A stretch of 64,000 bases of DNA from Candidatus Poseidoniales archaeon (GTDB lineage Archaea > Thermoplasmatota > Poseidoniia > Poseidoniales > Thalassarchaeaceae), in contig DUDF01000113.1 of NCBI GenBank assembly GCA_012959435.1, positions 3,730 to 67,729 of the forward strand, read 5' to 3'. Shown here piece by piece: positions 8,219 through 18,900 of the stretch; position 1 is the stretch's first letter; each line of letters begins with the position of its first letter. The position numbers were made by a program, and so were the translations under genes. Under the pieces are notes generated by a model that saw only the letters and a list, made by a program, of their open reading frames with translations, did not search any database and was not told the DNA's origin.

Positions 8219-10504
8219 TTGGAGGCGAGTGATGTGGCAACAAATCAAATTAAAAAATCTAAAAAAATTGCAATAATTCTTGCGATGTTGACTATTACAA
8301 CTCTTCTCTCAGCACTACCATCTCCTGTACTTGCGCATTCACAAGGTGTACAAACGGAAACGATGGTAACCTTCACTGATGTTTCCGAAGCAAGTGGCAT
8401 GAGTATTGTTAACACCGGCCCACTAACAAATTGGGCTAGTTATGGTCCGGGAATTTCGGTAGATGATTGTGACCAAGATGGTGATATGGATGTCATGATA
8501 ACAGCAAGATTTGACCATCTTTCTTACGAAAATTTAGAATTTGAATCTGGTTCAATTCAATTCATGTTAAACAATGGAGATGGCACCTTCACTGATTGGT
8601 CCGAAGAATCTGGATTGAATTTACAAAATACAACTGTAATAGGATCATCTTGGGCTGATTACGATAATGATGGTGACAAAGATGTTTATCTCAGCGCTTT
8701 TGGTGAATCTAATGTCGAAAACTTAGATTCTGGAGAGAGAAATATTCTCTTCAAAAATAATGGGAATTGCCAGTTTACTGATGTCACTGCAAAAACAGGC
8801 GCTGGTCAAGATGCTCAGGCTAATGCCGTAGTGGTCAATGGAATCATCACCGAAGTCGTAATGCAAAACAGCGGCTCAGGCTATGCAACAACTGGTGGAC
8901 TTGCTCCAGCGATTTATTTCCGTGATATCAACGGAAATGGTGCGATGGCTGAAGTTATCGTCACCGTTGATGGTGAAATTTCATCTGTCAGTATTACCAA
9001 TGGAGGAGAAGGTTACGACGATGGAAATCCTCCTGAAGTGATTTTTGTCAGCGGAGTAGCGAATTATGGCCACAGCACAACTGCAATTTGGGCTGACTAT
9101 GACCATGACGGCGATGTTGACCTGTACTCAATGAATCTAGGAATTGTTGACGAGGAATTATACTGGGCGCGCACAGAAACCAACTTTCTCTATCGTAATG
9201 ATGGAGATGTTGATGGAGACGGAGAAATAGAATTCAGTGATGTCACGAAAATCGCTGGTGTTAGCGGCCAAAGTGAAGTCTCAGATTCACCAAATCAATT
9301 TTTCCTTTCGGGGCTGTACAGAATGGACCAACCTAGCCCATCAAACCCATCAACAATGGCACTTATCGCTTCAGCAGATCACCGAGGGACGGGGTTATCC
9401 TTTGCTGGAGTATGGTTTGACTATGATGGCGATGGCTGGGAAGATCTCTACATCGCTTCTGACTTCGGGATGTCACCAATATATCACAACAATCACGACG
9501 GTACTTTCACTGTGATGACAAAAGAACTGGGCATGGACCTACCAGGTACTGGTATGGGGGCGCACGCGGGTGATTGGGATGGAGATGGGGACCTTGACCT
9601 ATGTCACTCAAACTTTGGGCCAAACTACCTTTGGGAAAACGAAGATGGGAATTCATTCAGTGAGAGAAGCCGTGACCTAGGGTTCCGTGATGAGGGCTCA
9701 GCTGGCTCATTCGTTGCTGTAAATTGGGCATGTCAATTCTTTGACTACGACCTTGATGGTGATTTAGACATATTCTTTGGTGTTGGGAGAATCAACCGTT
9801 TTACTGCCTACAACAATAACACATTATATCGAAATGATGGTGATACCGATGGTGATGGTTTTGCCAATTTTGTAGACATTAGTGGTGAAATCGGCTTAAG
9901 GACTGGAACTAATGGTAACAAAACAATGGGTGTCTCAATCTTTGATTACGATGGTGATGGTGACTTAGATATCATGCTTGGGCACTCCGACCGTGCCCCA
10001 CAATTATTCTCAAACAACGCTGTTGAAGAAACTGGGCGCCATTGGCTCAAAGTTCAACTTGAAGGGCGACAAACTGATGTTAGTACATCGCAAGGCTTTG
10101 GGCAGCGTGATTATTCTAACAGTTATGGAACTGGATGCTTAGTCATAGTGACCCTTGAAGATGGTCATGAATTACGTCAGCATGTGTATGCTGGAAGCGG
10201 GTTCCTTGGTAGTAACGAGCCAACAGTTCACTTTGGTTTGGATGCTGATGATTCAGTCAAATCAGTTGAAGTTGTTTGGTCAACAGGAATTACTCAAATT
10301 GAAAGAAATGTTGAAGCAGACCAGACTCTAATGATGGAAGAACCAACAAGTTTGTTCTTCACACTATTCGGAATCGGCTTACATCAAAACATCAATACGG
10401 CGCTCTATCTGTTATTTACTATCATCTTTATTGGTGGGGCATTCAAACTTTACAACAAAGAAAATGATTTGACCACTGATAATAAAAACTCAGAAGAAGA
10501 GTAA
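8219..10504 (+). CDS. CRTAC1-like FG-GAP/VCBS repeat protein with ASPIC/UnbV C-terminal domain, secreted, TM-anchored
   Basis: 761 aa. Signal peptide. Repeated DxDxDGDxD propeller-blade Ca motifs (WADYDNDGDKDVY, WADYDHDGDVDLY, FDYDGDGWEDLY, FDYDLDGDLDIF, FDYDGDGDLDIM). UnbV_ASPIC-like tail (RHWLKVQLEGRQ...HFGLD...VEVVWSTG). C-terminal TM. Confidence 0.8.
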   Translation: MEASDVATNQIKKSKKIAIILAMLTITTLLSALPSPVLAHSQGVQTETMVTFTDVSEASGMSIVNTGPLTNWASYGPGISVDDCDQDGDMDVMITARFDHLSYENLEFESGSIQFMLNNGDGTFTDWSEESGLNLQNTTVIGSSWADYDNDGDKDVYLSAFGESNVENLDSGERNILFKNNGNCQFTDVTAKTGAGQDAQANAVVVNGIITEVVMQNSGSGYATTGGLAPAIYFRDINGNGAMAEVIVTVDGEISSVSITNGGEGYDDGNPPEVIFVSGVANYGHSTTAIWADYDHDGDVDLYSMNLGIVDEELYWARTETNFLYRNDGDVDGDGEIEFSDVTKIAGVSGQSEVSDSPNQFFLSGLYRMDQPSPSNPSTMALIASADHRGTGLSFAGVWFDYDGDGWEDLYIASDFGMSPIYHNNHDGTFTVMTKELGMDLPGTGMGAHAGDWDGDGDLDLCHSNFGPNYLWENEDGNSFSERSRDLGFRDEGSAGSFVAVNWACQFFDYDLDGDLDIFFGVGRINRFTAYNNNTLYRNDGDTDGDGFANFVDISGEIGLRTGTNGNKTMGVSIFDYDGDGDLDIMLGHSDRAPQLFSNNAVEETGRHWLKVQLEGRQTDVSTSQGFGQRDYSNSYGTGCLVIVTLEDGHELRQHVYAGSGFLGSNEPTVHFGLDADDSVKSVEVVWSTGITQIERNVEADQTLMMEEPTSLFFTLFGIGLHQNINTALYLLFTIIFIGGAFKLYNKENDLTTDNKNSEEE

Positions 10505-10506
10505 TA

Positions 10507-11586
10507 ATGGGCGAGTTGAAACAAACCATTGGGGCGAGTATGGCTGACAAGAAATCAACAGCAAGTGAGGACGATGGAAGTCCCAAACTTGATGATGATA
10601 AATTAGAAAAAAAACTGCGAGCATCGGCTCGCACTGTTGTCAGAACTTGTATGCAAATGCGCTCTTATGAAAATACCCTAATTATCACCGACCCACATAC
10701 TGCCCAAATAGGTCAAGCAATTTACGAGCAAGCCTCACTAATCTCTGAAAGAGTCCTTCTCCTAATGATGCCATCTAGCCATCAACATGGAGATGAACCA
10801 CCTGGTGCGGTATCAGAATTGATGCGCAAACAACAGGTTGTAATCGCTCCAACAAGATTTTCGTTAACGCACACACGAGCAACACGCTTCGCTCGTAATG
10901 AGGGAGCTAGAATCGCTACTCTACCTGGAATTACATTAGACATCTTTACTGAAGGAGGCATGACAGCGGACTTTGACCGCCTCCGAGAAGAAATTACAAG
11001 GATAGGAAGCAATCTCAAACGCCGGCGACAAATCAAGATAACTAGCGAGGCTGGAACCGATGTTGAATTTGAAGTTGAACATCGGCGTTGGAAACTAGAA
11101 GACAATGGAATCTGCAATCGACCTAGTCACGTAACTAACCTGCCTGCTGGTAAAATATTCACCAGACCAAAGAAAGACACGATGAATGGTAAATTAGTGA
11201 TTGATGGTTCATGGGATTCCACACTACTTGAAGAGCCTCTGACCTTTACTATCAAAGATGGGCTTGTAACTTCTGTAAAAGGTGGAAGTATGGCTGAACT
11301 CATTGAAGAGACATACGAAAGAGCATCTGAAAGACTGAAACCAAAGGACAAAGATCTAGTTTGGACTGTTGCAGAATTTGGTTTTGGAATGAATCCAAAA
11401 GCGCGCCTGATTGGCAATGTATTGGAGGATGAGAAGGTCAAAGGAACCTGTTACCTAGGATTTGGAGATAACACCGCTCTGGGGGGTTCGGCAAATGTTG
11501 GTATACATCACACGGGAGTGATGCTTGAGCCTACAATCCACCTCGATGAAATGGTTCTCCTACAAGCTGGTGAAGTTCTTGAGTGA
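10507..11586 (+). CDS. M29 (AmpS/aminopeptidase T)-like aminopeptidase
   Basis: 359 aa. NLPAGKIFTRP and EFGFGMNP motifs resemble M29 N[IL]P.GE[VI]FT.P and E.G.G.NP. The conserved Glu in the first motif appears as Lys. The N-terminal region is AmpS-like. Confidence 0.5.
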   Translation: MGELKQTIGASMADKKSTASEDDGSPKLDDDKLEKKLRASARTVVRTCMQMRSYENTLIITDPHTAQIGQAIYEQASLISERVLLLMMPSSHQHGDEPPGAVSELMRKQQVVIAPTRFSLTHTRATRFARNEGARIATLPGITLDIFTEGGMTADFDRLREEITRIGSNLKRRRQIKITSEAGTDVEFEVEHRRWKLEDNGICNRPSHVTNLPAGKIFTRPKKDTMNGKLVIDGSWDSTLLEEPLTFTIKDGLVTSVKGGSMAELIEETYERASERLKPKDKDLVWTVAEFGFGMNPKARLIGNVLEDEKVKGTCYLGFGDNTALGGSANVGIHHTGVMLEPTIHLDEMVLLQAGEVLE

Positions 11587-11594
11587 ATGTTAAT

Positions 11595-12965
11595 TCACAA
11601 ATCCCCATTACAGACTGGGCAATACTGCCAACTTTGTTCTACACCAATCCCACAGCGAGAGCAATTCTTGCCGGACTGAATGTTGTGGTGTATTGGTTGT
11701 GCTGGTGCACGAGGAGCATGAGGGCCACCACTTACCAAATCTGAAACCGAATTAAGAGCTGATTGCTCGGGTGGACTTGAGGGGCCTGCTGGCCAACCAG
11801 TATCCGGCATCTGTGGCGGTTCTTGAGTTGGCCATCCTGTTGTCGGAGTTGGTGGACCACTTGGTGCGATTGGAGCACGCTTTGGTGTGACTGCTTGAGG
11901 TGTTTGTTGCACGACTGGCTCTGGCTCCACTGGCTCTGTCGGTGCCGGTGATGATACAATTTGTGACTCTACAACAGGCTGGGGCTGTTCCACTACTGGA
12001 GGCGTGATTGGTAGGGGTACTGAAATGGGCTCTGCTTCAACCGGTGCAACTGGAGCATCAATTTCTGCAGCAGCAGAGAACTGAGAGGCAAATGCATCAC
12101 TGGCTGCGACCTGCTGGTCTTCAGTTGGTAGATTCTGTTTGACTTCAACTGTCGGCTCCCTTACAATAACCACTGGCTCAACGAATGGTTGTTCAGTTGG
12201 CTCTTGAGACACTACATCAACCGGTTGAGGTGATGTTGGGGCTGGAGTGAGCACCGGCACTGGCGCAGGTGCGAGAACTGCTGGAGCAGGTTGTGGTGAG
12301 GGAGGAACTGGTGCTGGAGCAGGCGCTGGGGCGAGAACTGCTGGAGCAGGTTGTGGTGACTGGGTTGCATGGGTTGGTGCTCCAAGACATGAAATTGGAG
12401 TCACAGAACCAGACTTCGCCTGCTCGATAGCGGTATTCAATTCTTGAGATAAATGTAACAACGTTACTTTGTTAGCAGCGGATGACGCTACCAATGCCGC
12501 ATATTGTGACACATAATGACCGAGTAATGGTAATCCACCGATTAGATGTCCGAGTCCAAACATTTTGAGAAGAGAAAAGATATCAGTTAGTGATTCAAGT
12601 GCATTCATCTCATGTTCGGGAAAACCCGGGTGGGCCCCTATGTTACCCTGTGAATCCTCGCCTCCAAGGTACAATCTTAGTGGATCACTGAGTGAAACCA
12701 ATCCAAACGGTCCGGTCAGAAGATAGTATATCTCACCACCCTCACAACCAAGTCTCTGTGCGGCTTCTTCAAAATCAAATTCTGGTTGTAAAACCAAGTC
12801 AATAGCAATAGAGTAAAACTCCCCCATTCCGTTTATTGGGTCGGTCTCATTGAGATGCAAAATAATGTCAGCCGAATCAGTCACACCGAAGTATGCTGCA
12901 GCCTCATCCACAGCAATCCCTTGAGGCATTGAGGCTCCTTCAACCTCATTTTCGCTTGGATTCAT
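11595..12965 (-). CDS. Hypothetical protein, Pro/Ala/Val-rich low-complexity middle with tandem repeat, C-terminal zinc ribbon
   Basis: 456 aa. Repeats PQPAPAVLAPAP. C-terminal CSRCG...CPVCNG (CxxC x2). Confidence 0.6.
   Translation of the reverse strand: MNPSENEVEGASMPQGIAVDEAAAYFGVTDSADIILHLNETDPINGMGEFYSIAIDLVLQPEFDFEEAAQRLGCEGGEIYYLLTGPFGLVSLSDPLRLYLGGEDSQGNIGAHPGFPEHEMNALESLTDIFSLLKMFGLGHLIGGLPLLGHYVSQYAALVASSAANKVTLLHLSQELNTAIEQAKSGSVTPISCLGAPTHATQSPQPAPAVLAPAPAPAPVPPSPQPAPAVLAPAPVPVLTPAPTSPQPVDVVSQEPTEQPFVEPVVIVREPTVEVKQNLPTEDQQVAASDAFASQFSAAAEIDAPVAPVEAEPISVPLPITPPVVEQPQPVVESQIVSSPAPTEPVEPEPVVQQTPQAVTPKRAPIAPSGPPTPTTGWPTQEPPQMPDTGWPAGPSSPPEQSALNSVSDLVSGGPHAPRAPAQPIHHNIQSGKNCSRCGIGVEQSWQYCPVCNGDL
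12262..12362. repeat. Tandem ~63-nt direct duplication inside Pro-rich CDS
   Basis: gcgagaactgctggagcaggttgtggtga occurs twice (about 12271-12299 and 12334-12362). Encodes SPQPAPAVLAPAP twice. Confidence 0.8.
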
Positions 12966-12991
12966 TCGTCATTCTCTCCTAATTGATTCGC

Positions 12992-15900
12992 TCAATTTAA
13001 GCCGGCTTCATTGACAATATATCTTGATTGTTTGGCATTCCAGCCACCGGTTTGCAACTGACGAAGGATGTTTCTCTCAGATTCTCCTGAGCCGATTGAT
13101 GCACGAGCTTCACCAAGTGATTTCTCGTAATTTGCAGAATCTATAGGGGTGAAAAGGTCCTCCCATTTGCTTGGTGCTTTGGGTTGTTTCTTTTGCGTAT
13201 TTCCGGGTTCTGCTTTGTTCCCGCCCTGCGTCTTTCGAGTTGACCTTGTCTTGACATTCTCGGGTGTTGGTGCACCCGTAACCTTGCGAACTTTGCGAGA
13301 TGGTGCATTAGCAGGTGGTGCATCATCCGAAACTACTGCCCGTCGAGTCTTCTTGGCTCGCGGGGCATTGCTGGGCGGGCTACCTCCTGCACGACCTGGT
13401 GGGCCACTTGAGCCACCCGGACGACTTGGACCACCTCCTCCTCTAGGCCTTCTTGAAGGGGCACCTCCACCTGCACGGCTTGGAGGACCTGCTTGGCCTG
13501 CAGGGCCACCCCTACTAGGTTGATTATCCTCTAGTCCGGAAAATTTCTGCCTCGCGGCAGGCGCATTCCATCCACCTTGGGATTGTGATGCGAATATATC
13601 ATCATCATCCTCTTCAAATTCATCATACACATCATCATCATCTTCATCCCACTCATCTCCACCACGAATGAGCCTAATTACAAACAAAGAGATGATGACT
13701 AGAACTAGTAAAGCTCCAACACCGATGCCAATCATTTTCAAAGGTAAGGTTGAAGATTCGCTTGAACCATACCACTCATTGTACCAATCACATGATTGAT
13801 ATTCATCGGGAACTATCATCCCGGGACTTAAAGTTGGATTGTAAAAATCCTCCCATTTTGTACACTCATCTACGACGTTACCATCGGCACCAGTTGTTGC
13901 AGGGCAACCAACCCCTTGAACGCCATCTTTTACTCCTGCTGAAAGTGGGCATTCATCCCCTTCAAAACCAGTAATATTGTCCCCAAACCCATCACCATCA
14001 TTGTCCTTCCATTGAGTTGGGTCATTGATGAAAGCATCACCCCCTTCGTCAACACCCCATCCTGCAACGGGGTCAGACCAACCATCACCGTCTGTATCTG
14101 GGCAGCCCCAACGGTCACCATTTGGTGAACCTGTTGAATTACCAGCAACATTTGTACAACTATCACCCTGGAAACCACTTAATTCGTTACCAAAGCCATC
14201 AAAATCTAAGTCAAGCCACTGGGTTGGCTCAATTGGGAAATCGTCTACATCATCAAAGAAACCGTCTCCGTCAGTGTCAATATCATTTCGTGGGCAACCT
14301 ACTTCATCGACTACTGCACCATCAGTAGTCCCAGAACATTCATCAAGGGCGTTTGAAACACCATCGTTATCCTCATCAAGTTGATTTCGAGCACATCCAG
14401 TTACATTATCAAAATACTCATCGATTTGGAGCGTGTCTGTATTTGGGCATTCATCCTCAATGTCAGGGACACCATCTACATCGGTATCAAGTGTCAATTG
14501 GTCTTGACTACAACCATTTACATCAACCTCTGCAAGTGCAGTAGTATTAGCACAACGGTCTAGTGAATTTGAGACTCCATCACCGTCGTCATCCTTTTGA
14601 TTTTCAGAGCAACCCAGCCATTGACCTGAGGTATCAACTACCTCACCCGTCGTTGTGTTGCCACACACATCATCATCATCGATAATACCATCAGCATCAG
14701 AATCCTCTCCAGGAAGAGGACATCCGCGGCCTCCATCTCCATTAGAATAGCCAAATTGTTCAGGGCAAAAATCTCCATTTATACGATTTGTAAAATCTCC
14801 AAAACCATCACCATCAGTATCTCTCCACTGGTCTGCGTTTGAGCTATTTGAGTCAGCGTTTCCATTTGGGTGTGCACTTTCTGAAGAGTCAGGGTTAGAC
14901 CAGCCATCACCATCTTCATCTTGACATCCAAATCTATCAACGCTTGAATTACCCCAATTCACTGGACAAGAGTCAGGAGTAGTACCTGTGGGGTTGTCAC
15001 CAAAACCATCCAAGTCGGTGTCATTCCACTGGCTTGGGTCCTCGTTAAAAGCATCTTGCCGCCAAGCATTTGGAGTGGTATTATCCCCGTAATTATCTCC
15101 ATCTTTATCATGCCATTGTTGAGAACAGTTCGCGATACTGCCGCATGCTTCACCTGAATTGCCGTTTCCGCCAGGCCAATTATCAGCACATCCGTTACGG
15201 CCATCGGAATCTATTGCATTACATTGGCTACGATTGTATACCCAAGTAGATTCTTGGGCATTTTGAGATATGTGAGGGTCGGACCAACCATCTCCATCGG
15301 TATCTAGGCACCCTCCACGATCACTCGCTGAAAAACCTTGGAATTCGGGACATTGGTCACCTGTCCAATCAATATTGAACCAATCGGGGTCGCCATCACC
15401 ATCTGTGTCATGGCCATTGAATAAGCGAAGGGTTTCATTGGCATATTGGAAATTATGATTATCTCCCCAGCCATCATTATCCAAATCCTCCCATTGGTTA
15501 CCATTTAATGGATAAATATCGCTTGAAGAACCTCCACAGCAATCAGAGCCGTGGTTATCATAATGGCCATCTCCATCTGTATCTCTCTGTTGATACCAAT
15601 TCACTGGGTTTTGGTCAGCATCTGTACTCCAACCATCTCCATCTGAGTCTTCACAACCTTTCCTATCAACCCATGAATCCCCCCTAGTATTTTGGCAAAT
15701 ATCAACAGCGTCTGCCCATCCATCTAAATCTTGGTCACTACAACCAAAGTAACCCCATCTGCTCCCTCTATCAAGTAAATCAGTTCCACTGTTAATGCAT
15801 TGGTCGGCTGTAGGGCCGCCAGGATTATCTCCGTAGCCATCAGCATCAGCATCATTCCATTGGCCTCCAACAAAAGGAACTTCGTCCCAAGGATCGGGGA

Positions 15901-18900
15901 CAAAATCACGGTCCCAGTCACTGTAAATGCGGTAACTTGTCAAACGATTATTTGAATTTAAATCAAAGTGGCAAGCGACAACTCTGATTACACCAGTGGC
16001 ATCAGTTTCCATATCAACGCCGCAAATATCACCTGCTGTTGTTGCGGTATACACCGGTTCAACCGTTGAATCATGAATGATTGCCAATGTCATTCGCTCT
16101 ACTCCAGGGCCGCCATCAAAGGCTATCCAAGGAACCCCATCTCCGGTACTCCCTGCGCTAAACAAATCGCTCGAAAAATAACCAATTGACAAATCCACAC
16201 AATTCGCTGTACTAATGGTACATAATTTTGCATCGGAAGTTTGGGTTTGTTCGGTAAACAACACCATGTTTTGATTCATAATATGTGCCGTGATATCATA
16301 TGTTGGAGTCAATGACGTCATCATCAATGATGTGATGTTGCTACCATTTACTGACAATACTTCCCCCATACCGGAATTATTTACAAGGGCAACCTGCAAG
16401 GTACCATCACTTAGGCAAGCAACATCATTGTCACCTTGATATCCCCAAATTGAGAAGGTAGTAACACTTCCATTCGCATCTATGTAATTTAGGATTGTTT
16501 GGTTTGTAGTTACAACAGAACTAACTAATACACCTGTGCCATTATCAAGTTGACAACCAGAACTAGCGCCATATTCTTCAGAACCGTTTGAATTTGTACC
16601 ACTAATATTCCAACTATTACCTAAACTCGGTAATTGATGAGTTAGCGAGAATGCACTTGAAATTCCAGCACCAAGGGAACTATTGGTTACTACTGTAGAA
16701 GTCAAGAAGCCAGAATCTGTTTCCGCCCTCAATTCAACATCCGATACCGTGGCATTTTGGTAAGATGTTGTGTAAATTAAACTCTGCTCGTTATCAATAA
16801 CCAAATCAATATCCATTCGATTGTGTGTCGCAAGAGGGTGCTGCGTTGTCAGAATCGTGTGAGCTGCTTGCTCAACAAAATTATTGCTGTCATCAAGTAC
16901 AATCGTCTTTCCAGACCTAGTTACAACCATTGATGAAATCGCGGAATAGGATATTCCTTGCCATTCCTCAGCAGCATTTGTAATCGCATTTGGCCGTTCT
17001 AAATGGCGTGTTTGATTTAGTATACCTGATTTCACAAATAAGTGAAACCTGCCAGAATCATCCAAATAAAGATCAACAACATCAATGGGAGCGCCCGCCA
17101 TCACCATCGGAATATCAGAATATTCATTATTTCGCTTTTCAATTTGAATTACAGCACCTGCGGAGTTACCATCCATGTCCTTGTCAAGAGAGGTGACGAT
17201 AATCTCAAACTGGCCATCACCATCTACATCACCTCCACCATATATTGTGCGGCCAAGATGTTGCCCACTCACTCCTTCAATGAGAATTGAGTTTACCCCT
17301 TTCCGCAATAATTGTGTATTGTCAGCGAAGAAGTACTCAACTTTCCCAGCACCTACGCTGTTAATTCCAATTGATGAAATCGCGATTTCAGAAAGGCCGT
17401 CATCGTTAATGTCACCAATTGTTGACATTGCACTTCCAAATGCTTGGCTTGATTCCGTACCAATCAACTCGAGTGCTGGATTGTCAGGTAGTCCATTTGC
17501 TGAACCGCGTAGAACTGTAACTTTTCCTAAAGCCAAATTGTCGTACAGAGGTTCGCTATATGCAAAATCGTCATAACCATCTTGATTGACATCACCAATC
17601 CCAAGAACGGAATAGCCGAGCAGTGTGTTGGTTGTTGTCGTTGTCCAGTAATTATCAATTGACATCGCCCCTGCTTGTGATCCTGTGTATACCTCAACCC
17701 TACCATTACCCGTAAGGTCTGAAAACGAACCTGCAGCACCCAAAGCAATATCATCAAAACCATCACCATTGATGTCGCCTATTCCAGCCATAGACCAGCC
17801 TTGAATTACATTCTGCCAATATCCACGAGTATACCAATCGTAATCTATACTCGGCCCAGTTGCTGAACCTAAATACAGGTAGACTTTACCATCACCACCT
17901 GTTTGACCTGATTGTGTGAAACCAGTGGCAGCAACTAAAATATCGGCGTAACTATCGTTATTGACATCTCCAGCTGATGAAACGGTACCACCGAATTTAT
18001 CTCCACCTCCTTCACCTGAGACAGACCAATTTGCAGCCGAATAAGTACGATTACCACCGTAGAATATGTAAGAAACTCCCGTTGCAAATCCCAAACTGTT
18101 AGTTGCGCCGGTTGCCCCTATTAGAAGGTCAGAACATCCATCACCATTGACATCCCCTGCATTTGCCATTGCTGAACCAAATCTATCTCCGCCAGCACTT
18201 CCGGTCAGATTGTAATCTGGAGTAGATGAAAGGCCCATTCCTGTACCCCAAAAGATGCCAACAGCACCCGTTTCAGAATTTGCAGCCGGCCTGCTGACAA
18301 TTAAATCATCAATACCATCACAATCAAAGTCAAGGTCATTGATAGCTTGAGTTGCATACTCATCACTCACGGCACCGGTTGTCAAAGTGTCAATTGAAGG
18401 TGAAAGGCGGCCATTCTCTTGCCCTGTCAAGTCACGTACAACGGTTAACTCTGTAGAATTTGAAGAACCGTAAACATACTGAATATTTCCTGTTGATGGA
18501 TCCTTAGCAAACGACATGGCTGGCCCAATACCTTGGCCTGCAGTTAAAGTTGTGAGCGTCCAATTACCATCTGTACCTAAAATTCCATGAATCATTTGTG
18601 TCGTGTCTAAATTTTGATAGAATATATTCAGCGAATCATCAGCGTCAAGGTATGCGTCGTATTGGGCACCAACCCTTGTACCTACTAACAATTCTTGATG
18701 AGTCCACCAAGTACCGTATGAGGACAAATGAAGTCCATTGTTGGAATCTAGCCAAAGCACATTTTCAGCACCATCTGAGTCAAGTAAGAGGGTGATTTTT
18801 GAGACTTGAGTCGCATTTTCAATAGTCCTCATGTTCCAGAGTCCACTTGCTCTCTGATATGCCACCCTAAGGAATCCAGACTCATTTGTGTAAGCAATAT

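Noticed and set aside
12247-12447. Plus-strand ORF encoding GAGARTAGAGCG repeats
   Set aside because: It is the antisense reading of the tandem-duplicated Pro-rich segment of the minus-strand gene at 11595-12965.
13141-13523. ORFs on both strands (13149-13523 +, 13141-13326 -) in a GC-rich patch
   Set aside because: They lie inside the 2124-aa minus-strand CDS and encode its Gly/Pro/Arg-rich cytoplasmic tail. Open frames on both strands are a by-product of GC-rich low-complexity sequence.
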